Shown: positions 21,388-34,555, counted from the stretch's first letter. The stretch: 64,000 bases of DNA from Mustelus asterias (GCF_964213995.1 NC_135830.1:5332001-5396000); one strand, 5' to 3'. A program made the numbers and translations. The notes: generated from the sequence alone by a model not told the origin.

Positions 21388-22427
21388 CACACGTCACACA
21401 CACTCTCACACACATAAATACACACATACACACTCTCATATACTCTCACACATGCACACACACATACATACTCACACTTACTTTCTCTCTCATACGATCT
21501 CTCACACACCCACACACATTCTCTCTCTCTCACGTTACACATGCATTCTCTCAAATACAAATACATACATCCTCTCGCTCTCTCCATCAATCTCTCACAC
21601 CCCCATACACAAAAGCAATCACATCCCCACACACCCACACATTCTCTCTTATACACAGACACACACTCTCACATAAGCACAGTCTCACACTCTCGCACAC
21701 GCACTCTCACATGCACTCTCTCCCCCACTCTCTGTCACACATGCTCAAGCTGTCTCACATTTCTTCACACGCTCTCTCACAATTCCTCTTGCACACGCAT
21801 CTCTCTCTCGCTCACAGACACGCACATATTTCTATCTCTCTTGCACACACTGTCTCACACCTCTACATTCTTGCTCTCACACACTGGCTCTCTCACAAAC
21901 ACTCTCTCACAAACATAGACACATGCACACACTCTAACACACACTCTTACACACAGACACAGTCTCTCACATAAGCACAGTCTCGCGCACACATTCTCTC
22001 TCTCACACGCACACATGCACTATCCCTCTCACATTCCCTCTTCCGTACACTCTCACTTCGTCTCACACACATTCCCATGCTCTCTCTCACTCATACGGAC
22101 ACTTGCACACGCATTCTCTCACACAGGCACATATTTCTCTCTCTTTCACACGCTCACTCCGTTACACATTATCTCACACACGCACAATCTTGCTCTCAAA
22201 CACTGTCTCTCACAAACACCCTCTCTTTCACACGCACACAATCTCGCACACAGTCTCTCCTTCTCTTACACACGAACACACATGTATATACAATGTATCT
22301 CTCTTTAAACACTCCACCTATCACAGACACATGTTCTCTCAACAGTCATTTCTCTCACACACACTCACGCATCCACTCTGTCTAAGTTTCACACTTTTTC
22401 TCGCTCACACACACTCTCCCCGCCCCT

Positions 22428-22481
<54 letters not shown>

Positions 22482-22973
22482 TCAAACAACCCACATTGCT
22501 TCTATCTCCCACACACATTGTACACATCTTTCTCACTCACACGCCATCCCATGCACAGTTTCACACACTGATGAACATATTATTTTGCTTTCCAATAGGC
22601 ACTCCCTCTCACACACACTGTCTTTCACATGAACACAACACTCTCCCACACACATACCCTCCCTCTCAGGCACACACACTCTCTTTCACAGACATCGTGT
22701 ATCTCAAATAGACACACTCCCTTTCACATCAACATACACACAATCACACACAGAAGTACTCTTTCACACAGACTCCCCACACACACTCTCCCCGCCCCTC
22801 CACACATATACATTTTCAAGAAGAGTCACACTGTCACACACAAAGAATAATTTTTCAAACACACATTCTGTCTCACACACACACATTATCTCACACATCC
22901 TTTCTCTCACGCACACTCTCTCCTCTTGCACGCACAGCCCACTGTCTCACACATGTGCAAACGCATTCCATCA
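21388..22973. repeat. Degenerate (CA)n/(CT)n low-complexity tract
   Basis: Almost G-free top strand; pure (CA)n at about 22428-22476. Confidence 0.95.
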
Positions 22974-23228
22974 NNNNNNNNNNNNNNNNNNNNNNNNNNN
23001 NNNNNNNNNNNNNNNNNNNNNNNNNNNNNNNNNNNNNNNNNNNNNNNNNNNNNNNNNNNNNNNNNNNNNNNNNNNNNNNNNNNNNNNNNNNNNNNNNNNN
23101 NNNNNNNNNNNNNNNNNNNNNNNNNNNNNNNNNNNNNNNNNNNNNNNNNNNNNNNNNNNNNNNNNNNNNNNNNNNNNNNNNNNNNNNNNNNNNNNNNNNN
23201 NNNNNNNNNNNNNNNNNNNNNNNNNNNN
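22974..23228. other. Assembly gap (255 N)
   Basis: Run of N. Confidence 0.99.
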
Positions 23229-23251
23229 GTCAGAGTGTCTGTCCTTGACAC

Positions 23252-23578
23252 CATAGAGTAGAATCATAGGATGCTACAGTGCAGAAGGAGGCCATTCAGC
23301 CCATCGAGTCTGCACCAACAGCAAACCCATCAACGCCCTATCCCCATAATCACATGTATTTACCGGAACTAGTTCGCCTGACACTAAGGGGCAATTTAGC
23401 ACGGCCAATCCACCGAACCCACATCTTTGGACTGTGGGAGGAAACAGGAGCACCCGAAGGAAACCCAAACAGACACGGGGGGAACTTGCAAACTCCACAC
23501 AGACAGTGACCCAAGTCGGGAATCCAACTCTGAGGCAGCAGCGCTAATAACTGTGCCACCGTGCCACCGCCACCGCCC
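23252..23578 (-). mobile_element. V-SINE (HE1-like)
   Basis: Same core and tail as the 16233 copy, on the reverse strand. Confidence 0.85.
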
Positions 23579-24169
23579 CCCCCCCACCCCGATACCGCCC
23601 CCCCCCCCCCCCCACCCGGTACCATTTGAATGAGGGTGGGATCAAGGGGCCCGAGTAAAACTCAAGTCAATACAAATCGGCGGGAAATTCTTCTCTGTTT
23701 GAAGTCATACTTAGCACAAAGCAACATGGTATTGGTGGTTGGAGGTCAAACATCTAAGTTCAGATTTCACTGCAGGATTTCGGCAGGGGAGTGTTCTGGG
23801 ACCAACAATCTTCTACTGCTTCAACAGTGACATTCCCTCCAACATGAGGTCAGAAGTAGGAATTTCCATGTGTTACACCGGACAAAAACACCCAAAAAAT
23901 AAGAAGGGAATTGGCTGAGACCAAGGCCGCCTGGCTCCCCAATACTGGTGTAAACTTGGTGTTTGATTCCTGTGCGACCCATCCTAGTTTTGCTGTCAGC
24001 TTCCCTACAGCTCCCTCAGTCTGACTATTTGTTCACTGGTACGTGTTTCTTAAAGAAAGACACCGACATTAAAGCAGCTGCCTGGTGATTTACACATCCC
24101 TGTTACTGAAAGCTGATCAATGTGGATAATCGGGAAAAGATCGATGGAGAGGAAGAGGTGGAGGTGGCC

Positions 24170-25690
24170 CACTGACTCTGTCACCCTCATCCACACTTAC
24201 TCACTCACCCTCAATCTCTCATCCTCACTCAAAGAACTTGACTCACTCACCCTCACTTATCCACCTTCCCTCGCTGACACACTCTCACTCATTCATCCCC
24301 ACTCACAAATCCCAACTCACTCATCCCAACTCACTCATCCCAACTCACTCACCCTTGCTCACTCATCCACCCTCACACACTCAATTTCACACACTCAATC
24401 TCATACACTCAACTTCACACACTGAATCTCACGCACTCAACCTCAGAAACTCATTGATCCTCATTCACCCTGAGTCACTCACCCTCACACCCTCACACCC
24501 TCACTCACTCAAAATCACTCACACACATTCGCTCTCTCACTCTCACCCATCCTCACTCACTCACCCTCATTCACTCACATTCACACCCTCATTCACTCAC
24601 CAGCACTCACTCACTGACTAAGACTCACTCGCCCTCGCACACCCTCACTCACTCATCCTCATTCACTCACTGTCACTCAGTCACCCACACTCACACGCTA
24701 TCACTCACTCAACCTCACTCACTAACCCTCAGTCACTCACTCAGAGCCTCAGTCACTCACCAACACTCATAGTCACCTTCGTTCACTCATCCCACTAACC
24801 CACCCTCACTCACCCAGTCTCACTCACTCAGCCCACTTACCCACTCTCACTTATCCAGTCTCACTCACTCTCACTCACCCTCACTCACCCCACTTACCCA
24901 CCTTCACTCATCCAGTCTCAATCACTCTCACTCACTCACCACACTTACCCTCCCTCACTCATCCAGTCTCAATCTCTCTCACTCATCCTCACTAACTCAC
25001 CACACTTACCCTCCCTCACACACCCAGACTAACCCCCACACACTCAAGCTCAATTACCCTCTCTCTCTCTCACGTACGCCACCTGACCCATTCAAACTCA
25101 CTGAGACTCATGCACCTACATTCACTCACCCACCCTCACATATTCACCATCACTCACGTTCACCCACCCTAACTCACAGATCCTCAATCACTCATCCTCA
25201 GTCAAACACCTTTACTCACTCACCTTCACTCATCCACCCATCCGCATTCATTCTCCCTCACACACTCTCACACACCACCCTCAATAACACACCCTGACTC
25301 ACTCACTCTCTCACCCTCATTTACTAAGTCACATTCACTCCTCACCCTCATTCACTCGCTCTCACTCACCCACCTTCACTAACCTTCACGCATCCTCACT
25401 CACTCACCCTCATTCATTCTCTCTTACCGACACTCACTCACCCACCTTCACTCACACATTAAGCCACCTTCACTCACCCACCCTCTCTCACACACCATCA
25501 TTTACTCACGCTCTCTCACCCTCACCCACACTCACTCACTCACCCTCAATCACTCATCCTCACTGAAAGAACTTCACTCACTCACCCTCACTTACCCACC
25601 TTCCGTCACTCACACACCATCACTCATCCACTCTCACTCCTTCAATCACTCACCCTCACGCACTCACATTCTCTCACTCACACTCGCTAA
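24170..25690. repeat. Degenerate (TCAC)n/(CTCACC)n tract
   Basis: About 1.5 kb of ACTCACCCTC-like units; very C-rich top strand. Confidence 0.95.
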
Positions 25691-25821
25691 ACCTGTGTGT
25701 GGAGGTCTGCAACGAGAGAGAAGAAAGATCTCAAGCGGCAGTTTGGTGTTCAAATGTGGGAGCTGCCCTGCGAATGTGGAGAACTGGGGGGAATCCCTGG
25801 GGGCTCAGGGCCAAGGACAAT

Positions 25822-26424
25822 GGCAAAGAGCCGGGGAGAACAGGAGGCGTGCTAAAGGGCAGAGAGCCAGGGGGGAAGGGCAGAGAGCCTGGGGAATGGG
25901 CCTACAGCCGGGCAACAGGGCTGAGAGCCGGGAAAGGGCAGAGAGTCAGGAGAAAGTGCAGAGAGCCAGAAGAAAGGGCAGAGAGCTAATAGAAAGGGCA
26001 GGGAGCCAGGTGAAAGGGTAGAGAATCAGGAGAAAGGGCAGAGGGACCAGGGAAAGAGGAGAGAGCCAGGATAAAGGGCAGGGAGGCCGGGGAAAGGACA
26101 GAGAGCCGAGGAAAAGGACAAGAGAGCCCAGAGGAAAGGGCAGAGAGTCAGGGGGAAAGGCAGAGAGTCAGCGGGAAAGGGCAGAGAGCCAGGGGAAAGG
26201 GGAAAGTGGATATGGAGCAGGGACACCGGGCAGAGAGCCGGGGGAAAGGGTAGGGAGCTGAGGGAAAGGGCAGGGAGCCGGGGGAGAGGGGACAGAGCTG
26301 GAGGGAAGTGTAGAGAGCCAGATGGAAGTGCGGAGAGCCGGGTGAAAGGGGAAAAGAGCCACAGGGAATAGCAGAGAGCCAGGGGAAAGCGCAGAGAGTC
26401 GGGGAAAATGGGCAGAGAGTGGGT
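25822..26424 (+). repeat. Purine-rich tandem repeat, unit about 20 bp (GGGCAGAGAGCCAGGGGAAA)
   Basis: GGCAGAGAGCC recurs throughout; top strand is very G/A-rich. Confidence 0.92.
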
Positions 26425-26745
26425 GATCGACGGGCGGAGTGAGGATGTGCAAAATAGAGCGAGCACCACAACCAGATCATCTGTAATCTCGGTGAATAAT
26501 GGAGGAGACTTCAGGGCCCGAATGGCCAACTCTTGCTATTAATGTCTGACCCTTCAATTAGTCAATGTTGCAATTATTTGAATTTGTAATCACATTTAGA
26601 GTTTCCTGGTCATTCAGTAAGTATTCATTCCGACGGTATTTCTGAAGGAAAGTCACTAATCTTCGTTTTGTGGAGTGAGGGGCAGTGAGTTGGAGAGAGG
26701 AAGGGACATCAGTTAGTTTGTACACAGGCAATATCCAAAACTACA

Positions 26746-26866
26746 ATGTGGATATGCCGACGCTAGGTTGGGGTGGGCACAGTAAGGAGTCTCACAACAC
26801 CAGGTTAAAGTACAACAGGCTTATTTGGAATCGTGAGCTTTTGGAGCTCTTTCATCAGGTGAGTGG
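26746..26866 (-). mobile_element. Penelope-like terminal-repeat fragment with decayed hammerhead
   Basis: Reverse-complement homolog of 47775-47903; CTGATGA is present but GAAA is mutated. Confidence 0.7.
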
Positions 26867-27107
26867 CTGATATGAATGAAGAGACAACTTCTTCATCACA
26901 AAGTGCTGTTGTTTGAGAAATAGCTAGTGCCTGAAGTAATGGAGAAACTCTTTACACTTTTCTGTTAATCTAATGAATGGTATGTCATTACAATGACATC
27001 AAAATGTTTTTTCTCTTTCCAATCTGATAGAGGTGGAGACAGTGATGTGAGTTTCTACAAAGATGGCGATTCTCAAATGATAGGAGTAACAGAATCTGAA
27101 AGGTGTA

Positions 27108-27310
27108 TGTAGGTCTTAATCGGGAAATATTAAGTTAAGTTCATAATTCTAGACAAATCGTGATGTAGAAACATAGAAAATAGAAGCAGGAGTAGGCCAT
27201 TCGGCCCTCTGACCCTGCTCTACCGTTCACTTTGATCACAGCTCATCAATATCCTGCCCCCGTCTACTACCCATATCCATTGATCCCTTTAGCCCCAAGA
27301 GCTATACCTA
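27108..27310 (-). mobile_element. CR1 3' end
   Basis: GAAACATAGAAAATAGAAGCAGGAGTAGGCCATTCGGCCC tail on the reverse strand. Confidence 0.7.
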
Positions 27311-27395
27311 ATATAGAAACTTACTTGTATAAATATGTTTGATTAATTAATAAACGCAAGTAAGAGTCTAACTTGAATCGACTATTCTTTCCCAG

Positions 27396-27695
27396 CGACA
27401 CCGTCTCCGCCCACTCTTTACATCCTCGTCTCTTCCTGTCAGCAACACAACTCCGCTGGCTCCATCACCTACGGCTGTTTGGCAATGGACTACTCTCCAG
27501 ATGTCTCCAAACTGACCTGGAAGAAAAATGGGCAGCTGATCACCACTGGATTTAAGACTTATCCATCAGTGAGAAACACGAAGGGAACCTATACCCTGAG
27601 CAGCCAGTTAACCATTACCCAGTCAGTGGGAGAGTGCAGCAAAATCGACTGTGAGGTTCGACACAGCGACTCCGTCAAGAGCATTGAAATGCGAT
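27396..27695 (+). CDS. IGHM: Immunoglobulin mu heavy chain constant exon CH1
   Basis: CCCAG| ... |GTAAG, phase 1; ATPSPPTLY...[10 protein letters not shown]...WKK...TYPSV...[11 protein letters not shown]...CEV, a C1-set domain matching shark C-mu-1. Confidence 0.95.
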
Positions 27696-27844
27696 GTAAG
27701 TGTTGTGGAACTTGGGCAAGACAGGAACGCTGTGATTGAACTGTATAAGGCCTTAGTTATAACTGATCTGTAGCATTCTGAAAAAAATTGAATTATGCAA
27801 AATCCAGGTAAGTGCCTACTGACTGAAAAGTTGTTCAGAACCAA

Positions 27845-28575
27845 AGAACAACAGGACTGTTACTGTGCAGAATGAGGCCATTGAGCCCATCACGTCTGTG
27901 CTGGCCAAAAGGGAGAACAAATAAACTAGCCAGACATTTTGAGCCCATTTTCCAGCCCTTGCGCCGTAGCATTGCAGGTTAAAGCACCTGAGATGCAGAC
28001 GTAATGACCTTTTAAATGACCATGCTCCCTGGTAATTGAGCCCTCCACTTGGGGAATGAATTATTTCTGCCTACGTCCCTTCTAATTTTGTGAACCACAA
28101 TTACGTCACGCCTCAGCCTCCTCTTTTTCTGAGGAGAAAAACCCCTGCCTATCCAATCTCGCCTCATGGCTGCAATTTTCAGGCCCTGACAACATTCTTG
28201 TTAACCTCATCTCTCTCCAGATTCATTACGTCATTCCTGCAACGTGGTGACCAGAACTGAACAGCAAACTCCAAACGTGGCCTAACTGGGTTTTATGCAG
28301 CTCCATCATTGCATCACTGTTTTTGCATTCAATATCTCACATAATAGAGGAACTAATCCGATATGCTTTCTTGATCAACTTGTCCAGCTGCCCTACCATC
28401 TATAAGGACATGTGGACGTGCTCTCTAAGGTCTTGCATTTCCTCAATCCCTCTTAACATTCCAGTTTATTGCCTTGCTTTGCTTTCCCTCCCCAAATGCA
28501 TTGTGTGGCACTTTTGACGGTTGAATTCCATTCGCCATTTCCCTGCCAATTCAACCAAACCATGGATATAATTCT
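27845..28575 (-). mobile_element. Old CR1 3' fragment in the CH1-CH2 intron
   Basis: Reverse-strand RT C-terminal motifs (QFWSP, RP.LE) and a CR1-like tail. Confidence 0.65.
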
Positions 28576-28668
28576 CAAATCGGCAGGTATTTTGCTCATA
28601 TAAAAGAACTAATTTTAATTGATGTCAATTGAATCTTCAAGTAACGTCTGAACATTTGTTTGTTGAAG

Positions 28669-28980
28669 GCCCAATCGTTATCACCCCAACCGTTATCCTC
28701 ACCGTGAGTTCCAGTGAAGAAATCACCAGCAGAAAATTTGCAACCATCGTCTGTTCAATCATCGATTTCCAGCCAAAGTCAATGACGGTGAAGTGGCTGA
28801 AGAATGGACAACCCATGGATTCAGGAATTATCACCTCTCCCGCCTATGAAGTGAACAGGAACTTCTCGGCCAGCAGTCGGCTGACAGTCTCCGCTCAGGA
28901 ATGGATCAGCAAAGCGGTCTATACCTGCCAGGTCACTCATCAAGGATTCACTCAGAGTCAGAACATCAGCGGATCTCTGG
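28669..28980 (+). CDS. IGHM: Immunoglobulin mu constant exon CH2
   Basis: GAAG| ... |GTAAG, phase 1; [41 protein letters not shown]...YTCQVTH. Confidence 0.95.
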
Positions 28981-29164
28981 GTAAGAGACTCAAACCGAGG
29001 ATAAAATATACCATTCCGATGTTAATCGGAATTAGGGGTCTATTAAAGTTAGTACAAAGCACAGAACAACTTCGAATTTGCTGCCATGTGGTTTGCTGCA
29101 TTAAGACAGTGCCCCATTCAGAATTTCATCACAACAGCAATTTTTGTTATTCCTTCATGAGATG

Positions 29165-29464
29165 TGCATTTATTTCCCATCCCTGAGGGCACTTAAGTGT
29201 CAACCACATTGCTGTGGATCTGGAGTCACATGCATGCCAGGCCAGATAAAGACAGCAGATTTACTTTTTTAAAGGGCATTCGTGAACCAGGTGGGTTTTT
29301 ACAACAACGGCTTCATGATGATCATTTGACTTTTAATCATAGATTTTTATTGAATTCAAATTTCACCATTTGCAGTGGTGAGATTCGAATCCGTGTCTCT
29401 TCAATTAGAGTCTTGTCCTCGGTCTCTTGGATTACAAGTCCATTGACAATACCACTGCCTCCCC
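29165..29464 (-). mobile_element. tRNA-derived SINE (second family) in the CH2-CH3 intron
   Basis: Reverse-strand head GGGGAGGCAGTGG...GGATTCGAATC (B box); body homologous to 12560-12830. Confidence 0.65.
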
Positions 29465-29898
29465 TTGAAAGAGTGTTTATTTCTGTTTTGAAGTAACATA
29501 GTGAGCGAGGCGGCCTTGATGTCAGCCTTTTTCCTGAGACGGCTGGTAAGATTTGGAGAAACAGTTGGTGTTGGACTGTTTCACAGGTCACAGCGGAGGG
29601 GTTAAATGTTGGAAAGTGCATTCACCCTAATAATAAATCAATGACAAGTACTGTGTTCCTGAGTTGGGGCATGGTTTGGAATGCTGCAATGCTGATTCAT
29701 GAGAATGATACCGCTGCTAAAATATTTTAATAAAGAGAATAGTTTCACAGATCGAGCTGGTTTTCCATCGTCTATAAAAGTTTAAAGGCGATACTTAGAG
29801 GTTGATATCTCGAAGGCGACTTTTTCTCCTTTAGGGTGAATACTACTGCCCTGCTTCTGAAGAGGGAACTTGGGTTGATTTTCATTTGTCATTCACAG

Positions 29899-30207
29899 GT
29901 CCTTGCCAGTGCCATGATTCCACAGTGACCATACAGCCACCACCAATAGAACAGGTCTTACTGGAGGCTACCGTGACCTTAACCTGCATCATTTCTCATG
30001 CTCCTTATGGAGTCAATGTGTCCTGGATCCGAGACAGGAAGTATTTGAAATCAGAGATTGCCGAAAAGCCAGGAGCCGATCCTGACAGCGTGGTCAGCAA
30101 CTTAAACATCTCGACACAAGCCTGGCTGAGTGCGGCTGTGTTTCACTGCGTGGTGAGCCATCAGGATCTGCCGACTCCTTTAAGAAAATCCATCCACAAG
30201 GAAACAG
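29899..30207 (+). CDS. IGHM: Immunoglobulin mu constant exon CH3
   Basis: CACAG| ... |GTGAG, phase 1; [41 protein letters not shown]. Confidence 0.95.
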
Positions 30208-30704
30208 GTGAGCTGAGAGATTGAAGCAATAAATGCGTCACTGTGTCTACTTCCAGTGTCAGTGTACTGGTCAATATTCAGTATTCAGTGCATTAATGGT
30301 GTCCCCTGAGTGGAAACTCTACTAACTAAAGACTCTGGTCCTGCATATATTTTTACGGGGAAATTTGATGTGTTGATGAATGAAAAGTGAACTGAAGGCG
30401 ATGTTATTGGGTTTAGATCGAATAACGAGGGAGGAGCCTGATGTGGAGCATGAAAACCAATAAAAAAAAGCAGATCAGTTGGGCCGAAGAGCCTGATTCA
30501 GTGCTGTAAACTTTCTGAAACTTTCCAGTCCAACCCGCTGAGTTATTTGAGAAAACAATTGCGTTCACCTCTCCTCCAAGCTGGAAGTCAAAAATAGAAA
30601 CATTTAAAATCGAAAGCGAAGCACATTTTTCTGATACCTAGCCAGCAGTTTCATTGTCTCCAGAATTCTCCAGTTTATTGACATCTATTGTACATTTTCT
30701 GCAG

Positions 30705-31096
30705 ATCCAAATCCGCGGGAACCGTTCGTCTCTGTCCTCTTGCCCTCGGCAGAAGAAGTCTCCGCTCAGAGATTCGTCTCCCTCAGCTGCTTAGTGAGAC
30801 GTTTCTCCCCTCGAGAGATCTTCGTCAAGTGGACCGTCAACGACAAGCCGGTGAATCCTGGGAACTACAGGAACACCGAGGTGGTCGCGGAGAGCGGGAA
30901 TAGCTCCTTCTTCATGTACAGCCTGTTATCCATTGCAGCAGAGGAGTGGTCCAGCGGCGCTTCTTACTCCTGTGTGGTGGGACATGAAGCCATCCCCTTG
31001 AAGATCATCAACAGAACAGTTGACAAATCCAGCGGTAAACCCAGTTTTGTGAACATTTCCCTTGCTCTGATGGACACCGTTAATTCATGTCAATGA
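30705..31096 (+). CDS. IGHM: Immunoglobulin mu constant exon CH4 plus secretory tailpiece
   Basis: TGCAG|; [28 protein letters not shown]; tail [20 protein letters not shown] with an NIS glycan site and penultimate Cys; internal donor AGCG|GTAAAC after 31034 for the membrane form. Confidence 0.97.
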
Positions 31097-31123
31097 GAAT
31101 CACTCGGTTACATTAAAAACTTC

Positions 31124-31138
31124 AATAAAAATAATAAA
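31124..31138 (+). terminator. Polyadenylation signals of secreted IgM
   Basis: AATAAA at 31124 and 31133, about 30 nt after the stop, followed by T-rich sequence. Confidence 0.8.
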
Positions 31139-31904
31139 ATATTTTTCCTCTAACAACAAATGAAATAGCCAAACGCTTAATTGATTGTTTTTCAGTTTTA
31201 CTTCCATTAGCTATCTTTGGTTTGACTCAGATATTTTCAGGTCTCAGGTCCAAGTCTTGTTGAACCAGTGCGCCCAGCTCAGACACACCCTGTGTTAGAG
31301 ACAGAGTGGAGCGCATTCATTACAGGATTCTGCAAAATATCTTCAGCGACTTTCCTCCCTGAGGAAAACTCCGACAATTTCAACATTTCTGACAAACAAA
31401 CACAACATTTAGATCTCGGTGTTCCTGCTTCTGTCGTTGTCCATGCCTTTACGCATTGATGTCAGCTTTAAGCTGCTTCACCACACCCACTGGGAACTGA
31501 AGTGAGGGTCACACAGAAACATGGAGCAACAATCCCCCCATCAGAGAGAGGGGAGAGTGAAATTGTTAACATACCGGATTCCTACTCACCCAACAAAGAG
31601 AGGGGAGGAGCAGTAGCTAACCCATGTACCATCACTTCCTCAACGAAAGCAGGAGGAATGGCATTATTTAATCCATTCACCACCACCTCCTCAGTGGTTA
31701 GAACCATCAGGCACATTGCTTCACCAGGTAGAGAGAGGGAAACTATGAGCTCACTCTCCTCCCTCTCCCCAAGTAGCGTGTTTGGAAGGGAACGGCTCTC
31801 GACTATAAGGACTCAGTTGTCAACAGTACAAATTAGCTTTCGGTTTACTTGCTGCAGACTTTGAAGTATCATTATCATTATCAAAGTGTCGTTGAAGTAT
31901 ATAA

Positions 31905-31914
31905 TACACATATA

Positions 31915-31951
<37 letters not shown>

Positions 31952-31995
31952 TTATATATATATATATGAATGTATACTTATATACATATATACTT
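31905..31995. repeat. (TA)n microsatellite
   Basis: Direct reading. Confidence 0.95.
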
Positions 31996-32329
31996 ATGCA
32001 ACATAATTTAAAAATGTTTCAACACTCTTGTTCCTGTTAATCATGTGCTGGCATTGATTTCCCATGATACAAATTTAAACAAATAATAGAATCCTCCCCG
32101 GTTTTCACTGTTCTGTCACTGAGGTTTCTGAGATGCATCAATGAATTATTTCATTCGCTCTCCTGATATCACCGTGCCACTCACATAAAAGAAATTTCTA
32201 CAGCAAACACTGAAAATATGCTCCATTATTCATATTGTTTGGATCACGTTCAGTTACTGATTGCCGGTGAAACTTGCAGCAACGGTTAAAAAATACACAC
32301 ACTGACAGTACCGCACAAAACTGTCACAA

Positions 32330-33720
32330 TTATAAATACACACATAGGCGTACACATACACACACACACAGACACACACACACGCACACATCGACACAAA
32401 TGCACAAATACACATACTCACAAAATGCACACAAATGCAGAAAGACACATGTAAATACACACACAAATGCATGCACATATACAGAAATACGGACAGGCAC
32501 ATTCAAATGCAGACATAGAAGCATACATACACAGCACATACACATGCACAAAAACACACAGATACATGCATACACACAGATACACTTTCACACACCATAG
32601 GTACATGCAATACTTGCGCAAACAAACACACATGCAGAGAAACAAGAATGCACACACAAATGCACTCATGGACAACACAGGCACAAACAAAAATACACAC
32701 ACAAATACACACAGACACAAATACACCCACACAAAAATACACCCATACATAAATACATCCGTACACAAATATACATCGGCACACACACACATTCTCTCTC
32801 TCTCTCTCTCTCTCCCCCCCACCCCCCCCCCCCCCCCCCGCCCTCCACACACACACACACACACACGGATACATAGACTCGCGCTTGTACAAACAGGCAC
32901 TAAAACAACAACATACGTAGATAATCAAATATGTATAAACGTACACATATACACATAAACCACACAAGTACATACACAGACACATATGTGAGTAGGTACA
33001 CAGACCCAAATACAAGCACATACATGCAGAGACACAATACAGATAGATACACACGCATGCAGAGCTACATAAATACACAAGCAAATACATAGACTCAAAT
33101 AAGTACATATATATCAGCACACATTCACGCTGACAGGAATATAGATATAAAGACGCACAATGTTATACACATTAACAAACATACATGGAAATATATATAA
33201 ACAAATTAGCAGACTGCATATAGATGAACAGACTGCAAAACATTTACACGCAAACATGTAGACGCAAACATTAACATGCTCATACAGAACAGAACACCAT
33301 AGCACACATTACTACACATCGAAACACAAACATACATCAACACACCGTTATAAAGAACTATCAACACGTATATACATGTACTGACCTGTTAACAGACATG
33401 CACACAGACACACGGAGAGACAGACGCACACAGAAAGGGAAACAAACATTACTGGAGTGACAGAAATTAACACATAGCAATAGGCATAAACACACGTGCG
33501 CCCATTAAGAATGGCATTAATACATATTCATAGACTTCACACAATAATAGTCATACATGCACAATGACAGAAGAATAAAATATACACACAGATGCAAACA
33601 ACTTCACAAATCAACAACCATAGGCAAATGAACGCGCACATTAACACTCTTGCACACATATTAACTCAGAGCCAAAGAATAATGCAGACCAGGAGATGCT
33701 CATGCACACGCACACAAACG
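32330..33720. repeat. Degenerate (CA)/(TA)-rich tract with (CT)n and poly-C core
   Basis: Direct reading; lies in the CH4-TM1 intron. Confidence 0.9.
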
Positions 33721-34287
33721 CATGATCTTAAATACAAACGGTAGGCAAATGATGAATGTAAAATTTAAAGGTGATTTTTTAATGCACATGTCCACAGATT
33801 AGCTATCCAAATGTACAATGAACAGACAAACACAGTGAGAAGCTGAATTAAGCTCATGATCTATTTCCACCATAAAGAAGCACAGATCGGAAATTACACC
33901 CCAAGACTTAAACAACAAATTTAGTTTATAGATCAGTAACCATCTGTGAAAACAATCATTGATCAGTGAACGTTCCTCGATATCAGTCATAACATTGTTC
34001 AATAAGGGATAGTGGCAAATAGTTCAAAAATGAACTGATACTCAATTAAACATCTTCAGTGTTTTCTCACATGGACTGTCCAAGGAATGTCAATAAAGAT
34101 CAGATGTGAAAATAGTTACGGAGATCGGTTACTGAGTGTCCTGAATTTAACAGTAGATATACATTGAAAATTAAATTCGAGATTAAATGAACAGCTTAAA
34201 AAGGAGAACGGGAAACATAAAAATAACAATAAGATCACCTGGATAAATAAAGTAATCTAATTTCAGTTCCTGGTCTCCATCCCCTAG

Positions 34288-34415
34288 ACTCCACCGACCG
34301 TGTCTGGATTGATGACAATGAGGATGATAACAGCAACATCTGGACAACCGCTTCTACATTCATCGTGCTGTTCTTCCTGAGCATTTTCTACAGCACTGCA
34401 GTCACTCTGGTGAAG
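34288..34415 (+). CDS. IGHM: Immunoglobulin mu transmembrane exon TM1
   Basis: CCTAG| ... |GTGAG; (D)[42 protein letters not shown], acidic spacer plus the conserved antigen-receptor TM motif. Not present in the ORF track. Confidence 0.95.
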
Positions 34416-34555
34416 GTGAGATGATTCAATTCACTCACATTTCAAACTGGCAGAATGGATTTGAAAAGATTCTCAATGTTTCGCTGATTAAAAACTCTAA
34501 CATTAACGTCCCGCATCATCAACATCTGCTTCATTATTGTATCTTTCTTTTACAG

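Noticed and set aside
23882-23890. RSS nonamer-like ACAAAAACA
   Set aside because: No CACAGTG heptamer at 12 or 22/23 spacing and no adjacent coding segment.
25808-25823. GGGCCAAGGACAATGG resembling a JH GQGT motif
   Set aside because: No Trp codon, frame does not give GQGTMVTV, no RSS or donor; part of the purine repeat edge.
21330-26529. His/Thr/Leu-rich and Arg/Gly-rich ORFs (also 32254-33305)
   Set aside because: Translations of stop-poor simple repeats or of N gaps.
26830-26866. Functional hammerhead ribozyme (also a remnant at about 51200-51230)
   Set aside because: Core GAAA or CUGA is mutated and stem II is lost.
27031-27046. Micro-exon before CH1 (pyrimidine tract-AG ... GTGAGT)
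   Set aside because: 14 or 16 nt long, so frame-breaking; no support without RNA data.
29899-29915. Extra cysteines (PCQC) at the CH3 start as a novelty
   Set aside because: As I recall, a CxC motif here is normal for shark C-mu.
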